Program-made: the position numbers and the translations under genes | The notes under the pieces: model-generated | What the model saw: only the letters and a program-made list of their open reading frames with translations | Told to the model about the DNA's origin: nothing | Databases searched by the model: none | Shown here: positions 22,793 to 30,999 of the stretch, one piece after another | How positions within the stretch are numbered: the stretch's first letter is position 1 | How the letters are laid out: every line of letters begins with the position of its first letter | Source of the DNA: Candidatus Nitrosopumilus koreensis AR1 | Lineage (GTDB): Archaea; Thermoproteota; Nitrososphaeria; Nitrososphaerales; Nitrosopumilaceae | Length of the DNA: 32,000 nucleotides | Direction: 5' to 3' | Assembly: GCF_000299365.1 (NCBI RefSeq) | Contig: NC_018655.1 | Span: forward strand, 1,470,001-1,502,000

Positions 22793-23515
22793 CTAATGAT
22801 GATGCATATGCTCCTGCATCGATGCTTCAGAGTATTGTTTGACAAGATCATCATCAGAAAAGAATTTTTCAGATTCTCCATGAAAGAACAAAGTTCTATT
22901 TAGACAAGCAACATGATTTGCTAATTTGTTTACAGCATCCAAGTCATGAGAAGACCAGATAATCGTAATCTTTTGTTTAGAGTTTAGTTCACGTAAAATA
23001 CTGTAGAACAGTTCTATGCTTTGCTGATCAATTCCAGTTACTGGTTCATCTAAAATCAAAAGTTTAGGATTATTCACCAAGGCTTTTGCAATAAAAACTC
23101 GTTGTAGTTGTCCTCCAGATAGTTCTCCTATTCTTCTATTTTGTAGTTCATGTATCCATAATTGCTGTAAAATTTCATTGATCTTGTTTTCATCAGATTC
23201 TTTTCGTAATCCCATCCTTACAACATCACCTACAGTTGCAGGAAAATTTTTTTCAAAAATTGGTTTTTGTGGAACATATCCAATTTCTTTAAGATAATTT
23301 CTTGATTGTCTAATGTCTTCTCCAAAAAACTTGATTTGGCCTTTGTATGTTGTATTGAGTCCAAGCATGCAATCAAAGAGAGTTGACTTTCCAGCACCAT
23401 TAGGCCCAATTATGCCTAGAAAATCACCCTGATTAACCACAAAACTCACATCATCAAGAGCTTTTACATCAGGATATCGAACAGTGAGATTGTTAATTTC
23501 AACTGCCTTCAACAT
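22793..23515 (-). CDS. Metal ABC transporter ATP-binding protein (ZnuC/TroB-like) with C-terminal His-rich tail
   Basis: Walker A GPNGAGKST, signature LSGGQLQR, Walker B LLILDEP. The C-terminus ends MQEHMHHH. Confidence 0.85.
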   Translation of the reverse strand: MLKAVEINNLTVRYPDVKALDDVSFVVNQGDFLGIIGPNGAGKSTLFDCMLGLNTTYKGQIKFFGEDIRQSRNYLKEIGYVPQKPIFEKNFPATVGDVVRMGLRKESDENKINEILQQLWIHELQNRRIGELSGGQLQRVFIAKALVNNPKLLILDEPVTGIDQQSIELFYSILRELNSKQKITIIWSSHDLDAVNKLANHVACLNRTLFFHGESEKFFSDDDLVKQYSEASMQEHMHHH

Positions 23516-24417
23516 AGTGCCTCCTTTAGGTTCTCAAGATTTTGGTTCATTTTTTCAATGTAGGTTCCATCAGATGCAATCTCTAATGAGGATAAAACCA
23601 AAACTTTGCCGTCAATTTCATGCGCAATGGTTTGAGAAGTTCTAGCATCAACTGTTTCTTTGCTAAAAATTATTTTGATATTAAGTTCTTTTGCAGTTGT
23701 AATTACACTCTCTAGCTTTTTTGCAGTGGCTTCTCCATGTGAATCAGTCGAAGAGATGATTGTGTGTTGATGTAAGCCATACTCATCAGCAAAATATGAA
23801 AAGGCATCATGAAATGCAATAAAATCAGAATTACAATTTGACAAATCATTTCGAATTTGTGAGTCCAATAAGTTGAGTTCTTCAATGTATGATTCAGCAT
23901 TGGATTGATAAAATTGCACGTTTTGAGGATCATGTTTTGAAAATGCATCTGCAATGTTTTGAACTTGAATTTTTGCATATACAGGATTTAACCATATATG
24001 CGGATCTCCTGATTCATGATCATATTCATCTTCTTGAGATTTTTTTGCTAAAATTCCATCGCTTGTATCAATTATAGTTCCCTGATAGTTATTATCATCA
24101 AGTTTATCGACCCAATTTTCAAAACCAATTCCATTAATAATTATAAGATCAGATGCTTGCATTTTTTGCACATCTTTAATTGTTGGTTCCCAATCATGAG
24201 GTTCAACTCCAACTGGAACAAGTAATGTGACATCAACTTTGTCTTGTCCTACATTTTGTGCAAATTCATGCAACGGATTAAATGATGATATGACTTGCAG
24301 TTTTGAATTTTCTGGAGAAGTAGATTCGGTGTTTGGATTTGTTCCATAAACTGCAAGTGAGCTTAATGGAATTACTACAGATATTACAATTATTGCAAGT
24401 TTGGTTTGTATATTCAC
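23509..24417 (-). CDS. Metal ABC transporter substrate-binding protein (ZnuA/TroA family)
   Basis: 302 aa with a GTG start and an N-terminal anchor/signal. Ligand contexts: VEPHDWEPT, GDPHIWLNP, AFHDAFSYF, KETVDAR. This is a three-His plus Asp pattern, of the Zn/TroA type rather than the Mn type with Glu. There is a short acidic/His loop, EDEYDHESGDPH. Confidence 0.8.
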   Translation of the reverse strand: MNIQTKLAIIVISVVIPLSSLAVYGTNPNTESTSPENSKLQVISSFNPLHEFAQNVGQDKVDVTLLVPVGVEPHDWEPTIKDVQKMQASDLIIINGIGFENWVDKLDDNNYQGTIIDTSDGILAKKSQEDEYDHESGDPHIWLNPVYAKIQVQNIADAFSKHDPQNVQFYQSNAESYIEELNLLDSQIRNDLSNCNSDFIAFHDAFSYFADEYGLHQHTIISSTDSHGEATAKKLESVITTAKELNIKIIFSKETVDARTSQTIAHEIDGKVLVLSSLEIASDGTYIEKMNQNLENLKEALC

Positions 24418-24458
24418 GCAACCGTTAATTAAAATTTTATTAATAAATCTATAAAATC

Positions 24459-24471
24459 TTAATAATATTAA
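24459..24471. promoter_or_regulatory. Perfect 6-1-6 inverted repeat TTAATA-A-TATTAA in the divergent transporter/NikR-like intergenic region (candidate operator)
   Basis: Read directly from the sequence. The region is extremely AT-rich, so a chance palindrome is plausible. Confidence 0.25.
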
Positions 24472-24508
24472 TTGCTAAACTTATAAGATAATTAATAACA
24501 TTAGGCAT

Positions 24509-24892
24509 ATGCCAATAGTATCAATCTCACTAAATGATGAGATTCTATCTGAGTTAGACAAATTGCAATCAAGCATGGGTTTCTCAGGAAGATCTGAGGC
24601 AATCAGGGCAGGAATCAGGGCATTTGTTTCAGAAGAAAAACAAAAGTCAGATTTATCAGGTAATATTCATGCAATTCTTTTGGTGGTACACAATGATGAG
24701 TTTGATCATGTTGTGTCAGGGATAACTCATAACTTTGAAGATCTAATAACTACACATCTTCACAGTAAAATTGACAAAGAAAAATGCATGGAACTTTTTG
24801 TAATTGATGGAGATGCAGAAAAGGTTTCTACAATGACAAAAGACTTTCAGATAAACAAAAACATGGATACTGTTAGACTTGTTGCAATCTAA
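24509..24892 (+). CDS. nikR: NikR-family metal-responsive ribbon-helix-helix regulator
   Basis: 127 aa. N-terminal RHH (VSISLNDEILSELDKL...GRSEAIRAGIRAFV). C-terminal metal-binding-domain pattern VVHNDEFDH ... THLHSKIDKEKCMELF (H-x-H...C), similar to NikR high-affinity site residues. Confidence 0.75.
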   Translation: MPIVSISLNDEILSELDKLQSSMGFSGRSEAIRAGIRAFVSEEKQKSDLSGNIHAILLVVHNDEFDHVVSGITHNFEDLITTHLHSKIDKEKCMELFVIDGDAEKVSTMTKDFQINKNMDTVRLVAI

Positions 24893-26240
24893 ATGAATTT
24901 TTTCTGGTAATAAAAATTACAGATGCAATAGAAATTATCAATACAAATAATGCAATTGTGCCAAATTCAGGTGCAACTACCATACCAAATTCAGTTTCTT
25001 GTCCAGTATTTCGTATATTTTCAAATTTAATTATTGTAGGGCCTGTTTGATCTTCTGCAAATGTATATTTTTCAAATTCTCCACCAACTTGGGCTACACC
25101 AGACACGCGATGTATCTCCTCTCCATTTTGAATGATTACAAATGTATAATCAGAATTTCTCAATGGATCATTTGTTCTTCCGTCTCGGATAGTAAAAATA
25201 AAATTTGTTTCAACACCAGGTTCAAGATCCGCAGGATCCCATGACAGATTTACTTTAAAGTCCTCACTTTTTGTGTATGCCTCTAATGGAAAAGCAGTTT
25301 TATCGCTAGTCAATAAAGTAAATACAATATTATCAGGCAATTGTTCATCTGATTTTTTCATTTCATTTTTTATATATCGGATGTGATCCTGCAGCAAAAC
25401 AAAATGCACTATTCTTTCATGATCTTCTGTATAATCATCAATTGATACTGAAGATTTGAATAATTCAATTCCATTTACATACCCAGAATAGCTAGGGGAC
25501 AAAAGTTCAACAAAATCTTTTGGGAAATGAACTTCTACATGAATTACTGAAATGTGAGACATCTTACTTTCTTTCCAGTCAAATGGCATCTCAAATCTTA
25601 CTTGTTTTGCACTAGGATCATACTGGAAATTGTCAATTTTATCAAAATATGATTTCATTCTAAATTGAACGTCATTGCCCTCAAGATCTTTTTCCATAAA
25701 AGACGATGTGCTAACTACACTCAAATCTGCATTGTAGATGCCAGAATCCTCTATAATGTTGGTAGGCTCATCAATTGTTCTAACTTCAATCTCAAAATTA
25801 TACAGACCACCTGAAGAAAATAATGGTCCAGTTATCTCAATTGGATCTGACACAGTTCCATGCCAAGCCCCAAGCAGAGAGTCTTGCTCACCATGTATTG
25901 TTATCTCACCTTCATTTGATGGATTCACCTTGATTGACAAAACTCCATTTTCTGCAAAAAAGTAATTTCTAAAAATCATTTCATTGCTATGAAACAATCC
26001 AATGAGAAATGTCACGTTTTTTGCAGGTTCGTCTGTTTCATTATCAGTTGCAGTTATTGTGATTTGTTCTTGACCACCTTCAAATGTCAATGGCATCTCT
26101 ACTGAAATTGAAATGTCTTTTCCAGCAACATTTACTGAAGATATGGTATCAATTCCCAACCCATGTCCGTAAACACTGCTAACAGGAAATAGCAAGCATG
26201 CAGATAATGCCAATATTGAAAATTTTGTAAATGACATCAT
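24873..26240 (-). CDS. Secreted HG(L/V)G-N-terminus family protein, paralogue 3, with PEFG-CTERM tail instead of Trp-rich repeats
   Basis: The signal peptide ends VSSVYG|HGLG. Family blocks: GGLYNF, YFDKIDNFQYD, MPFDW, VIHVEVHFPKDF, VNGIEL, IVHFVLL. C-terminus: PEFGTIALFVLIISIASVIFITRKN. The tracked TTG at 26243 is followed immediately by two ATGs, so I use 26240. Confidence 0.75.
   Translation of the reverse strand: MMSFTKFSILALSACLLFPVSSVYGHGLGIDTISSVNVAGKDISISVEMPLTFEGGQEQITITATDNETDEPAKNVTFLIGLFHSNEMIFRNYFFAENGVLSIKVNPSNEGEITIHGEQDSLLGAWHGTVSDPIEITGPLFSSGGLYNFEIEVRTIDEPTNIIEDSGIYNADLSVVSTSSFMEKDLEGNDVQFRMKSYFDKIDNFQYDPSAKQVRFEMPFDWKESKMSHISVIHVEVHFPKDFVELLSPSYSGYVNGIELFKSSVSIDDYTEDHERIVHFVLLQDHIRYIKNEMKKSDEQLPDNIVFTLLTSDKTAFPLEAYTKSEDFKVNLSWDPADLEPGVETNFIFTIRDGRTNDPLRNSDYTFVIIQNGEEIHRVSGVAQVGGEFEKYTFAEDQTGPTIIKFENIRNTGQETEFGMVVAPEFGTIALFVLIISIASVIFITRKNSFRLQQV
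24876..24971 (-). other. PEFG-CTERM-type sorting/anchor segment of paralogue 3
   Basis: PEFG motif, hydrophobic helix and a basic cluster (TRKN). Confidence 0.7.
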
Positions 26241-26258
26241 CAAATTTTTATCCCAGGG

Positions 26259-26969
26259 TTATTTTATTGTCAGCAATTCTTCAACCTTTTGAATTAATTC
26301 ATCCATTGTGGTAGCCTCCAAAATTGGTTGCAATTCATGAGGGTCCTTTGCACCAAGTGCAGAAAGCGAATAGATGTAATCAATTGTTGGCGTATCAGTT
26401 GTAAGATAATACTGTTCTAAAACATGGTCTAGAGAATGTGGTTCAACTACTTGTGGTAATGCTTGTTGAATAATTTTCTTTTTCCACAAGTCTACAAGTT
26501 TTTCCCATTGCTCAAGGGATATACTCTCATCAATTTCTGGAATCATTTCAACTTCTGCTCTAATGTACATTTTTTCTTCAGTTCCAATCTTTTCATGCAT
26601 CTCAGAAATTTGCTGATGACCTTCAACAGAGAGTGGATCGTAGTTTTCAGGTTGTGGAATTGATGGGGGAATAATTTTTTTAATTTTAAATGAATTTCGT
26701 CCTAACGTTTCAATGTGAAGTTGCAGTCCATCCATTTCAACATCTTCACACTTTGTAATTTTGGCAATAGTACCTATCATTTGAGGCGAATTCCAGCCAT
26801 TAACTGAATTGCCTTCATCAATTAAACAAACGCCAAACTGGCCATCGCCTAACATGCAATCATCAACTAGTTGTTTGTAGCGAGGCTCAAATATTCTCAA
26901 AGGAAGTTCTTGTCTAGGAAACAAGACCAAATCTAGAGGAAAAATCGGAATAGTTTTTGTTTCTGTCAT
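26259..26969 (-). CDS. LON N-terminal (substrate-binding) domain protein
   Basis: 236 aa. IPIFPLDLVLFPRQELPLRIFEPRYKQLV is the characteristic start of the Lon N-terminal/PUA-like domain. There is no ATPase or protease domain. Confidence 0.75.
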   Translation of the reverse strand: MTETKTIPIFPLDLVLFPRQELPLRIFEPRYKQLVDDCMLGDGQFGVCLIDEGNSVNGWNSPQMIGTIAKITKCEDVEMDGLQLHIETLGRNSFKIKKIIPPSIPQPENYDPLSVEGHQQISEMHEKIGTEEKMYIRAEVEMIPEIDESISLEQWEKLVDLWKKKIIQQALPQVVEPHSLDHVLEQYYLTTDTPTIDYIYSLSALGAKDPHELQPILEATTMDELIQKVEELLTIK

Positions 26970-27019
26970 TAATCATGTTGAAACGTCTCTAGATATATGG
27001 AATACGGATATTCTAAAAA

Positions 27020-27949
27020 TTAAAAGCCATTTTCATTTAATGTCAAACCCAGTAATGCAGCACGAGTATATTTTCCATATTCTGCCTGCTCAAAATACTT
27101 TGCATTTTTTGTTTGATCGATGTCTGTTGAAATCTCATCAATTCTTGGAAGAGGGTGTAAAATTATACTGTCTTCTTTCATTTGTTTGAGTAAATCTAGC
27201 CCTACAACATAACTTCCCTTTACTTTGAGATATTCTTCTTCATCAGGGAATCTTTCTTTTTGAATTCTTGTCACATACAAAACATCAAGTTCATCAATGT
27301 GGTCTTCAATTTTAGTTGATTCAGTAAAATCCAATTTCTTTTTAATTTCATAAGTAGAGTCAGACCTGATTCTAAGTGATTCTGGGGAAATTAATTTTAT
27401 GTCAACATCATAGTTTCCCAATCCATGCAAAAGTGAATAAACAGTTCTTCCATACTTTAGGTCACCTATGATTCCAATTTTTAGTCCATCAATCTTTTTC
27501 TTTTCTTTTTTGATGGTAAACAGATCTTGAATTGCTTGAGTTGGGTGTTCTTCAGTTCCGCTGCCGGCATTGATGACAGGTTTGTCTGAAACTTCAGCTG
27601 CAAATCTACTAGAACCATCAAGAGTATGTCGCAAAACAAGTATGTCAGAATAGATAGACATTATTCTAACAGTATCAGCTAGACTTTCACCTTTCTGAGT
27701 TGATGACGAATTAATATCAGAAATTCCTAGAGAATTGCCACCAACAGATGCCATTGCAGAATCAAAGCTAAGACGGGTTCTGGTACTTGGTTCATAGAAC
27801 AGATATGCTAATGTGTTGCCCTTACAGATTTCTCGTCTGTCAGAGGGGTTTAGTTGCATGATTTTATCAGTAGCGGTAAAGATTTTTTCTAGTTGATCTT
27901 TGCCAAAGTCTTTAATTGAGATTATGTCTCTTTGATAGAACTCGTTCAT
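27020..27949 (-). CDS. pyrB: Aspartate carbamoyltransferase catalytic subunit
   Basis: 309 aa. Motifs: FYEPSTRTRLSF, HPTQAIQD, HPLPR. Confidence 0.95.
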   Translation of the reverse strand: MNEFYQRDIISIKDFGKDQLEKIFTATDKIMQLNPSDRREICKGNTLAYLFYEPSTRTRLSFDSAMASVGGNSLGISDINSSSTQKGESLADTVRIMSIYSDILVLRHTLDGSSRFAAEVSDKPVINAGSGTEEHPTQAIQDLFTIKKEKKKIDGLKIGIIGDLKYGRTVYSLLHGLGNYDVDIKLISPESLRIRSDSTYEIKKKLDFTESTKIEDHIDELDVLYVTRIQKERFPDEEEYLKVKGSYVVGLDLLKQMKEDSIILHPLPRIDEISTDIDQTKNAKYFEQAEYGKYTRAALLGLTLNENGF

Positions 27950-27990
27950 GCTCTCAATGATATATACAGGTGGGTATACAAAGTATTCTG
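27950..27990. promoter_or_regulatory. 41-bp divergent pyrB/pyrI intergenic region with TATA-like elements for both directions
   Basis: tatataca at 27961-27968 lies about 23-30 nt upstream of the pyrI ATG. On the other strand, tttgtatac lies a similar distance upstream of the pyrB ATG. This implies overlapping promoters and near-leaderless mRNAs. Inference only. Confidence 0.35.
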
Positions 27991-28452
27991 ATGGAACAGT
28001 CCGAACTTTTGGTTCGACGAATCAAAGAAGGTACTGTAATTGACCATATTGATGAAGGCAAGGGTCTACAGGTACTCAATGCTTTGAGAATAGATGGGAA
28101 AGATGGCAGTTTGATTACCATAGCGTTGAACGTGCCAAGCGGCAAATTTAAGAAAAAAGACATCATCAAAGTAGAAAACAAGTTTCTAAAAGATGATGAT
28201 ACAAACAAAATCGCAGTTATTGCTCCAAAGGCAACAATCAACATGATCAAGGACTACAAGCTGGTAGAAAAGAGAAGGGTGTCACTGCCAAATGAGATTG
28301 ATAAGATATTTCGATGCTCAAATCCAGACTGCATTACAAACAGCACTGAACACATTGAATCAATTATGGATGTAATTGACAAGGAAGGAACTGTACTCAA
28401 ATGTAGATATTGTGCAAGAGTACTGGATGTAAACCAGCTAAAATATAATTAA
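27991..28452 (+). CDS. pyrI: Aspartate carbamoyltransferase regulatory subunit
   Basis: LLVRRIKEGTVIDHIDEGKG, and a C-terminal zinc domain CSNPDC...CRYC. The tracked start at 27970 is GTG, and the ATG at 27991 gives the canonical N-terminus. Confidence 0.9.
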   Translation: MEQSELLVRRIKEGTVIDHIDEGKGLQVLNALRIDGKDGSLITIALNVPSGKFKKKDIIKVENKFLKDDDTNKIAVIAPKATINMIKDYKLVEKRRVSLPNEIDKIFRCSNPDCITNSTEHIESIMDVIDKEGTVLKCRYCARVLDVNQLKYN

Positions 28453-28488
28453 AAATTTTAAAAATTGAAAAATGTTGTTGTAGGACTA

Positions 28489-28794
28489 TTACTGTCCTAA
28501 GATGATAAACATCATAACTATACCGTAGATTGCGATTGATTCGACCATACCTACGAAGATGAATACCTTAGATTGTAAAGCTGGGTTCTCACTAATGACT
28601 GCAAGACCTGCTGCACCTACTTGACCAAGACCAATGCCTGCTCCACCTGCTGCAATACCAAAGGCCAAACCAGCACCAAGGAGTTTCATCGAGTCGCCAC
28701 TAGATGCACCATCTTCTGCTGCAAATGCAACTCCAGTAGATCCTAGAATTGAAATTGCTGATGCTGCCAAAAGTAACATGACGATAGTTTTCAT
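28489..28794 (-). CDS. atpK: A-type ATP synthase proteolipid (subunit K/c) with a signal-peptide-like N-terminal extension
   Basis: The C-terminal 66 aa form a canonical two-helix c subunit (GAGLAFGIAAGGAGIGLGQ ... MVESIAIYG). The N-terminal 35 aa (MKTIVMLLLAASAISILGSTGVAFA|AEDG) look like a cleavable signal peptide. An internal ATG (MKLLGAG) is an alternative start. Confidence 0.85.
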   Translation of the reverse strand: MKTIVMLLLAASAISILGSTGVAFAAEDGASSGDSMKLLGAGLAFGIAAGGAGIGLGQVGAAGLAVISENPALQSKVFIFVGMVESIAIYGIVMMFIILGQ

Positions 28795-28846
28795 TTACGA
28801 TGTGGCTCCACTGGGTCCATATTTAAATCATGTTGGGAGAATTTTC

Positions 28847-28978
28847 TTAAATTCGATCTAAGGTTTTCTTTTTGAAAGAACTCAAATCATCTTTTACAGA
28901 TTTTACAAAATTATCATAATCTGCATCTAATGTTTTCTTTGAATTTTCAACAAGTTTTTTAATTTCTTCTTTTGCCAT
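28847..28978 (-). CDS. Candidate small coiled-coil protein (43 aa) between atpD and atpK
   Basis: Hand translation gives MAKEEIKKLVENSKKTLDADYDNFVKSVKDDLSSFKKKTLDRI. Its ATG lies 1 nt after the atpD stop, a translational-coupling geometry. No family assignment is possible. Confidence 0.35.
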   Translation of the reverse strand: MAKEEIKKLVENSKKTLDADYDNFVKSVKDDLSSFKKKTLDRI

Positions 28979-28979
28979 T

Positions 28980-29609
28980 TTACCTGCTCTCCATCTTAGC
29001 CTTGACTTTTTTTAACTTTGCGAATTCTTCTCTTTCTCTTTCCTCAAGAGTAGCAATGATGAATCTTACTTTTTGTTGGTATTGAGGAATAATGACATTT
29101 TCAAGAGCATTAAGTAACTTCTGAGTCTTTTCTAATGCTTTTGCTAGGCTAAAGATAGAATTTTCATATTCAGCAGCTTTGCAGATTTTTGGCAATAGTT
29201 CTTTGATCTGTTTTGCTCCTCGGTCAATGGAGGAATTTGTATCAGCAAAACCATATGGCATTGATTTTGTATCTTTTTCAGTAACAGATAATGCAGGAAT
29301 TTTTACATCAACTACTCTTCTGACATTAACATCTACTTCCATTACAGGTGGAGTGGATTCAGCAACAGAATCTACAGTTGAAGTTCCCAATGCCAAGTAT
29401 GCTTCGTTTACAGAATTGTAGATGTCTTGTAAAGGCTCCCAAATTCCACCTCGAGCTTTTGAGGCTTCTTCAATCATTTCTTCAATATTTTTTAGAAGGA
29501 CTTTACGTTTATCGTCTAGAATTTTTTGGACCATTATGGCCACTTGGCTAGATTTTTTGTATTTGAAAAGTTCAATTTTTGTGGCAGCAACATTTTGTCC
29601 AAACGACAT
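28980..29609 (-). CDS. atpD: A-type ATP synthase subunit D (central stalk)
   Basis: 209 aa and helical. It sits directly after atpB, and ATKIELFKYKK...ILDDKRKVLL resembles the V/A-type D subunit N-terminus. Confidence 0.8.
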   Translation of the reverse strand: MSFGQNVAATKIELFKYKKSSQVAIMVQKILDDKRKVLLKNIEEMIEEASKARGGIWEPLQDIYNSVNEAYLALGTSTVDSVAESTPPVMEVDVNVRRVVDVKIPALSVTEKDTKSMPYGFADTNSSIDRGAKQIKELLPKICKAAEYENSIFSLAKALEKTQKLLNALENVIIPQYQQKVRFIIATLEEREREEFAKLKKVKAKMESR

Positions 29610-29613
29610 TTTG

Positions 29614-30999
29614 CTACTCTTCCTGGTAATATTGTTCTACGTATTTATCTTTGATTTTTGTAATTTCGTTCTTTGGTAATTTGGATACAATCTTCCATAA
29701 GATACCTAATGTCTCTTCAATGGTTCTATTCTCATCAGTTGCTTGTGAGAGGAATTCATTTTCAAAGACATCACCAACATCCATGTATTTCAAATCAATT
29801 TCAGTAAGTCCTGCTTTACCTACAATTCCTGCAAGTGCTCGGACTTCTTGTGCTCTAGAATATGCATCATAAACTTGATTTGAAATTTCACCATGATCTG
29901 CTCTGGTACTTCCTTCACCAATACCGTCTTTCATTAATCTTGAAAGACTCATCAGGATGTTAACTGGAGGATATACTCCTTGTCTGAACAAATCCCTACC
30001 AAGTACAATTTGTCCTTCTGTAATGTAACCAGTAAGGTCAGGAATTGGGTGAGTAATATCATCAGAAGGCATTGACAAGATTGGAACTTGCGTAACACTT
30101 CCTTTCTTTCCATTTAGTTTTCCTGCTCTTTCATAAATTGTTGAAAGGTCTGTGTAAAGATAACCAGGATAACCTTTTCTTCCTGGTACTTCTTCTCTTG
30201 CTGCACTAATCTCTCTTAGTGCTTCAGCATAGTTTGTCATATCTGTAAGAATTACTAGAACATGCATTCCTAATTCAAATGCCAAATATTCAGCGACTGT
30301 CAATGCAACACGAGGAGTGATAATTCTCTCAATTGCAGGATCGTCTGCTGTGTTTAGAAATAGTACACTTCTTTTTAGAGCACCAGACTCTTCAAGACTT
30401 CTTCTGAAATATTCTGCTTCACTGTATTGCACACCAATTGCTGCAAATACTACAGCAAAATCATCTTGTGTGCCAATTACACTTGCCTGTCTTGCAATTT
30501 GTGCTGCTAACAGGTTGTGAGACATACCAGAACCTGAAAAGATTGGAAGTTTTTGTCCTCTAACCAGAGTAATCATTCCATCAATTACAGATACCCCAGT
30601 TTGAATGAAATCTTTTGGATATTCACGTTGTTCTGGATTCATTGGTTCACCATTAATGTCAATAAATGAATCAGCAATTGGATCTGGAAGGCCATCTTTT
30701 GGTCTACCTAAACCATCAAAGACTCTGCCAAGTACTTCTCTTGATACTGGCATTTCCATAACTTTGCCTACAAATTTTGCATTTGTTGCAGCAATAGACA
30801 ATCCAGTTGTTCCCTCAAAGACTTGGACAATTGCTTTACCGTTTCCAACTTCGAGAACTTTACCTAATCTTCTTTCACCATCTTTAGTTTCAATTTCAAC
30901 TAATTCGTCAAATGCTGCGTTTTCAACGTCATCTACAATAACTAGAGGACCTTTGATTTCTGCAATCTTACTGTATTGAACTCCGCCTTCTGTTGTCAA
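29614..30999 (-). CDS. atpB: A-type ATP synthase subunit B
   Basis: 461 aa. Motifs: [54 protein letters not shown]. The TTG start overlaps the atpA TGA stop (TTGA). Confidence 0.95.
   Translation of the reverse strand: MTTEGGVQYSKIAEIKGPLVIVDDVENAAFDELVEIETKDGERRLGKVLEVGNGKAIVQVFEGTTGLSIAATNAKFVGKVMEMPVSREVLGRVFDGLGRPKDGLPDPIADSFIDINGEPMNPEQREYPKDFIQTGVSVIDGMITLVRGQKLPIFSGSGMSHNLLAAQIARQASVIGTQDDFAVVFAAIGVQYSEAEYFRRSLEESGALKRSVLFLNTADDPAIERIITPRVALTVAEYLAFELGMHVLVILTDMTNYAEALREISAAREEVPGRKGYPGYLYTDLSTIYERAGKLNGKKGSVTQVPILSMPSDDITHPIPDLTGYITEGQIVLGRDLFRQGVYPPVNILMSLSRLMKDGIGEGSTRADHGEISNQVYDAYSRAQEVRALAGIVGKAGLTEIDLKYMDVGDVFENEFLSQATDENRTIEETLGILWKIVSKLPKNEITKIKDKYVEQYYQEE

Noticed and set aside
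24873-24892. 3'-end overlaps of convergent genes (24873-24892, 21972-21982, 9717-9733) as antisense regulatory features
   Set aside because: Short convergent overlaps are common in compact archaeal genomes. No additional structure is seen there.
28489-28686. Na+-binding signature in the c subunit (Q in GLGQVG; E-S and Y in MVESIAIYG)
   Set aside because: Q, E, S and Y occupy positions equivalent to part of the known Na+ motif. However, the additional Thr/Ser ligand position is Ile, and similar residues also occur in H+-coupled rings. Ion specificity cannot be decided from the sequence alone.
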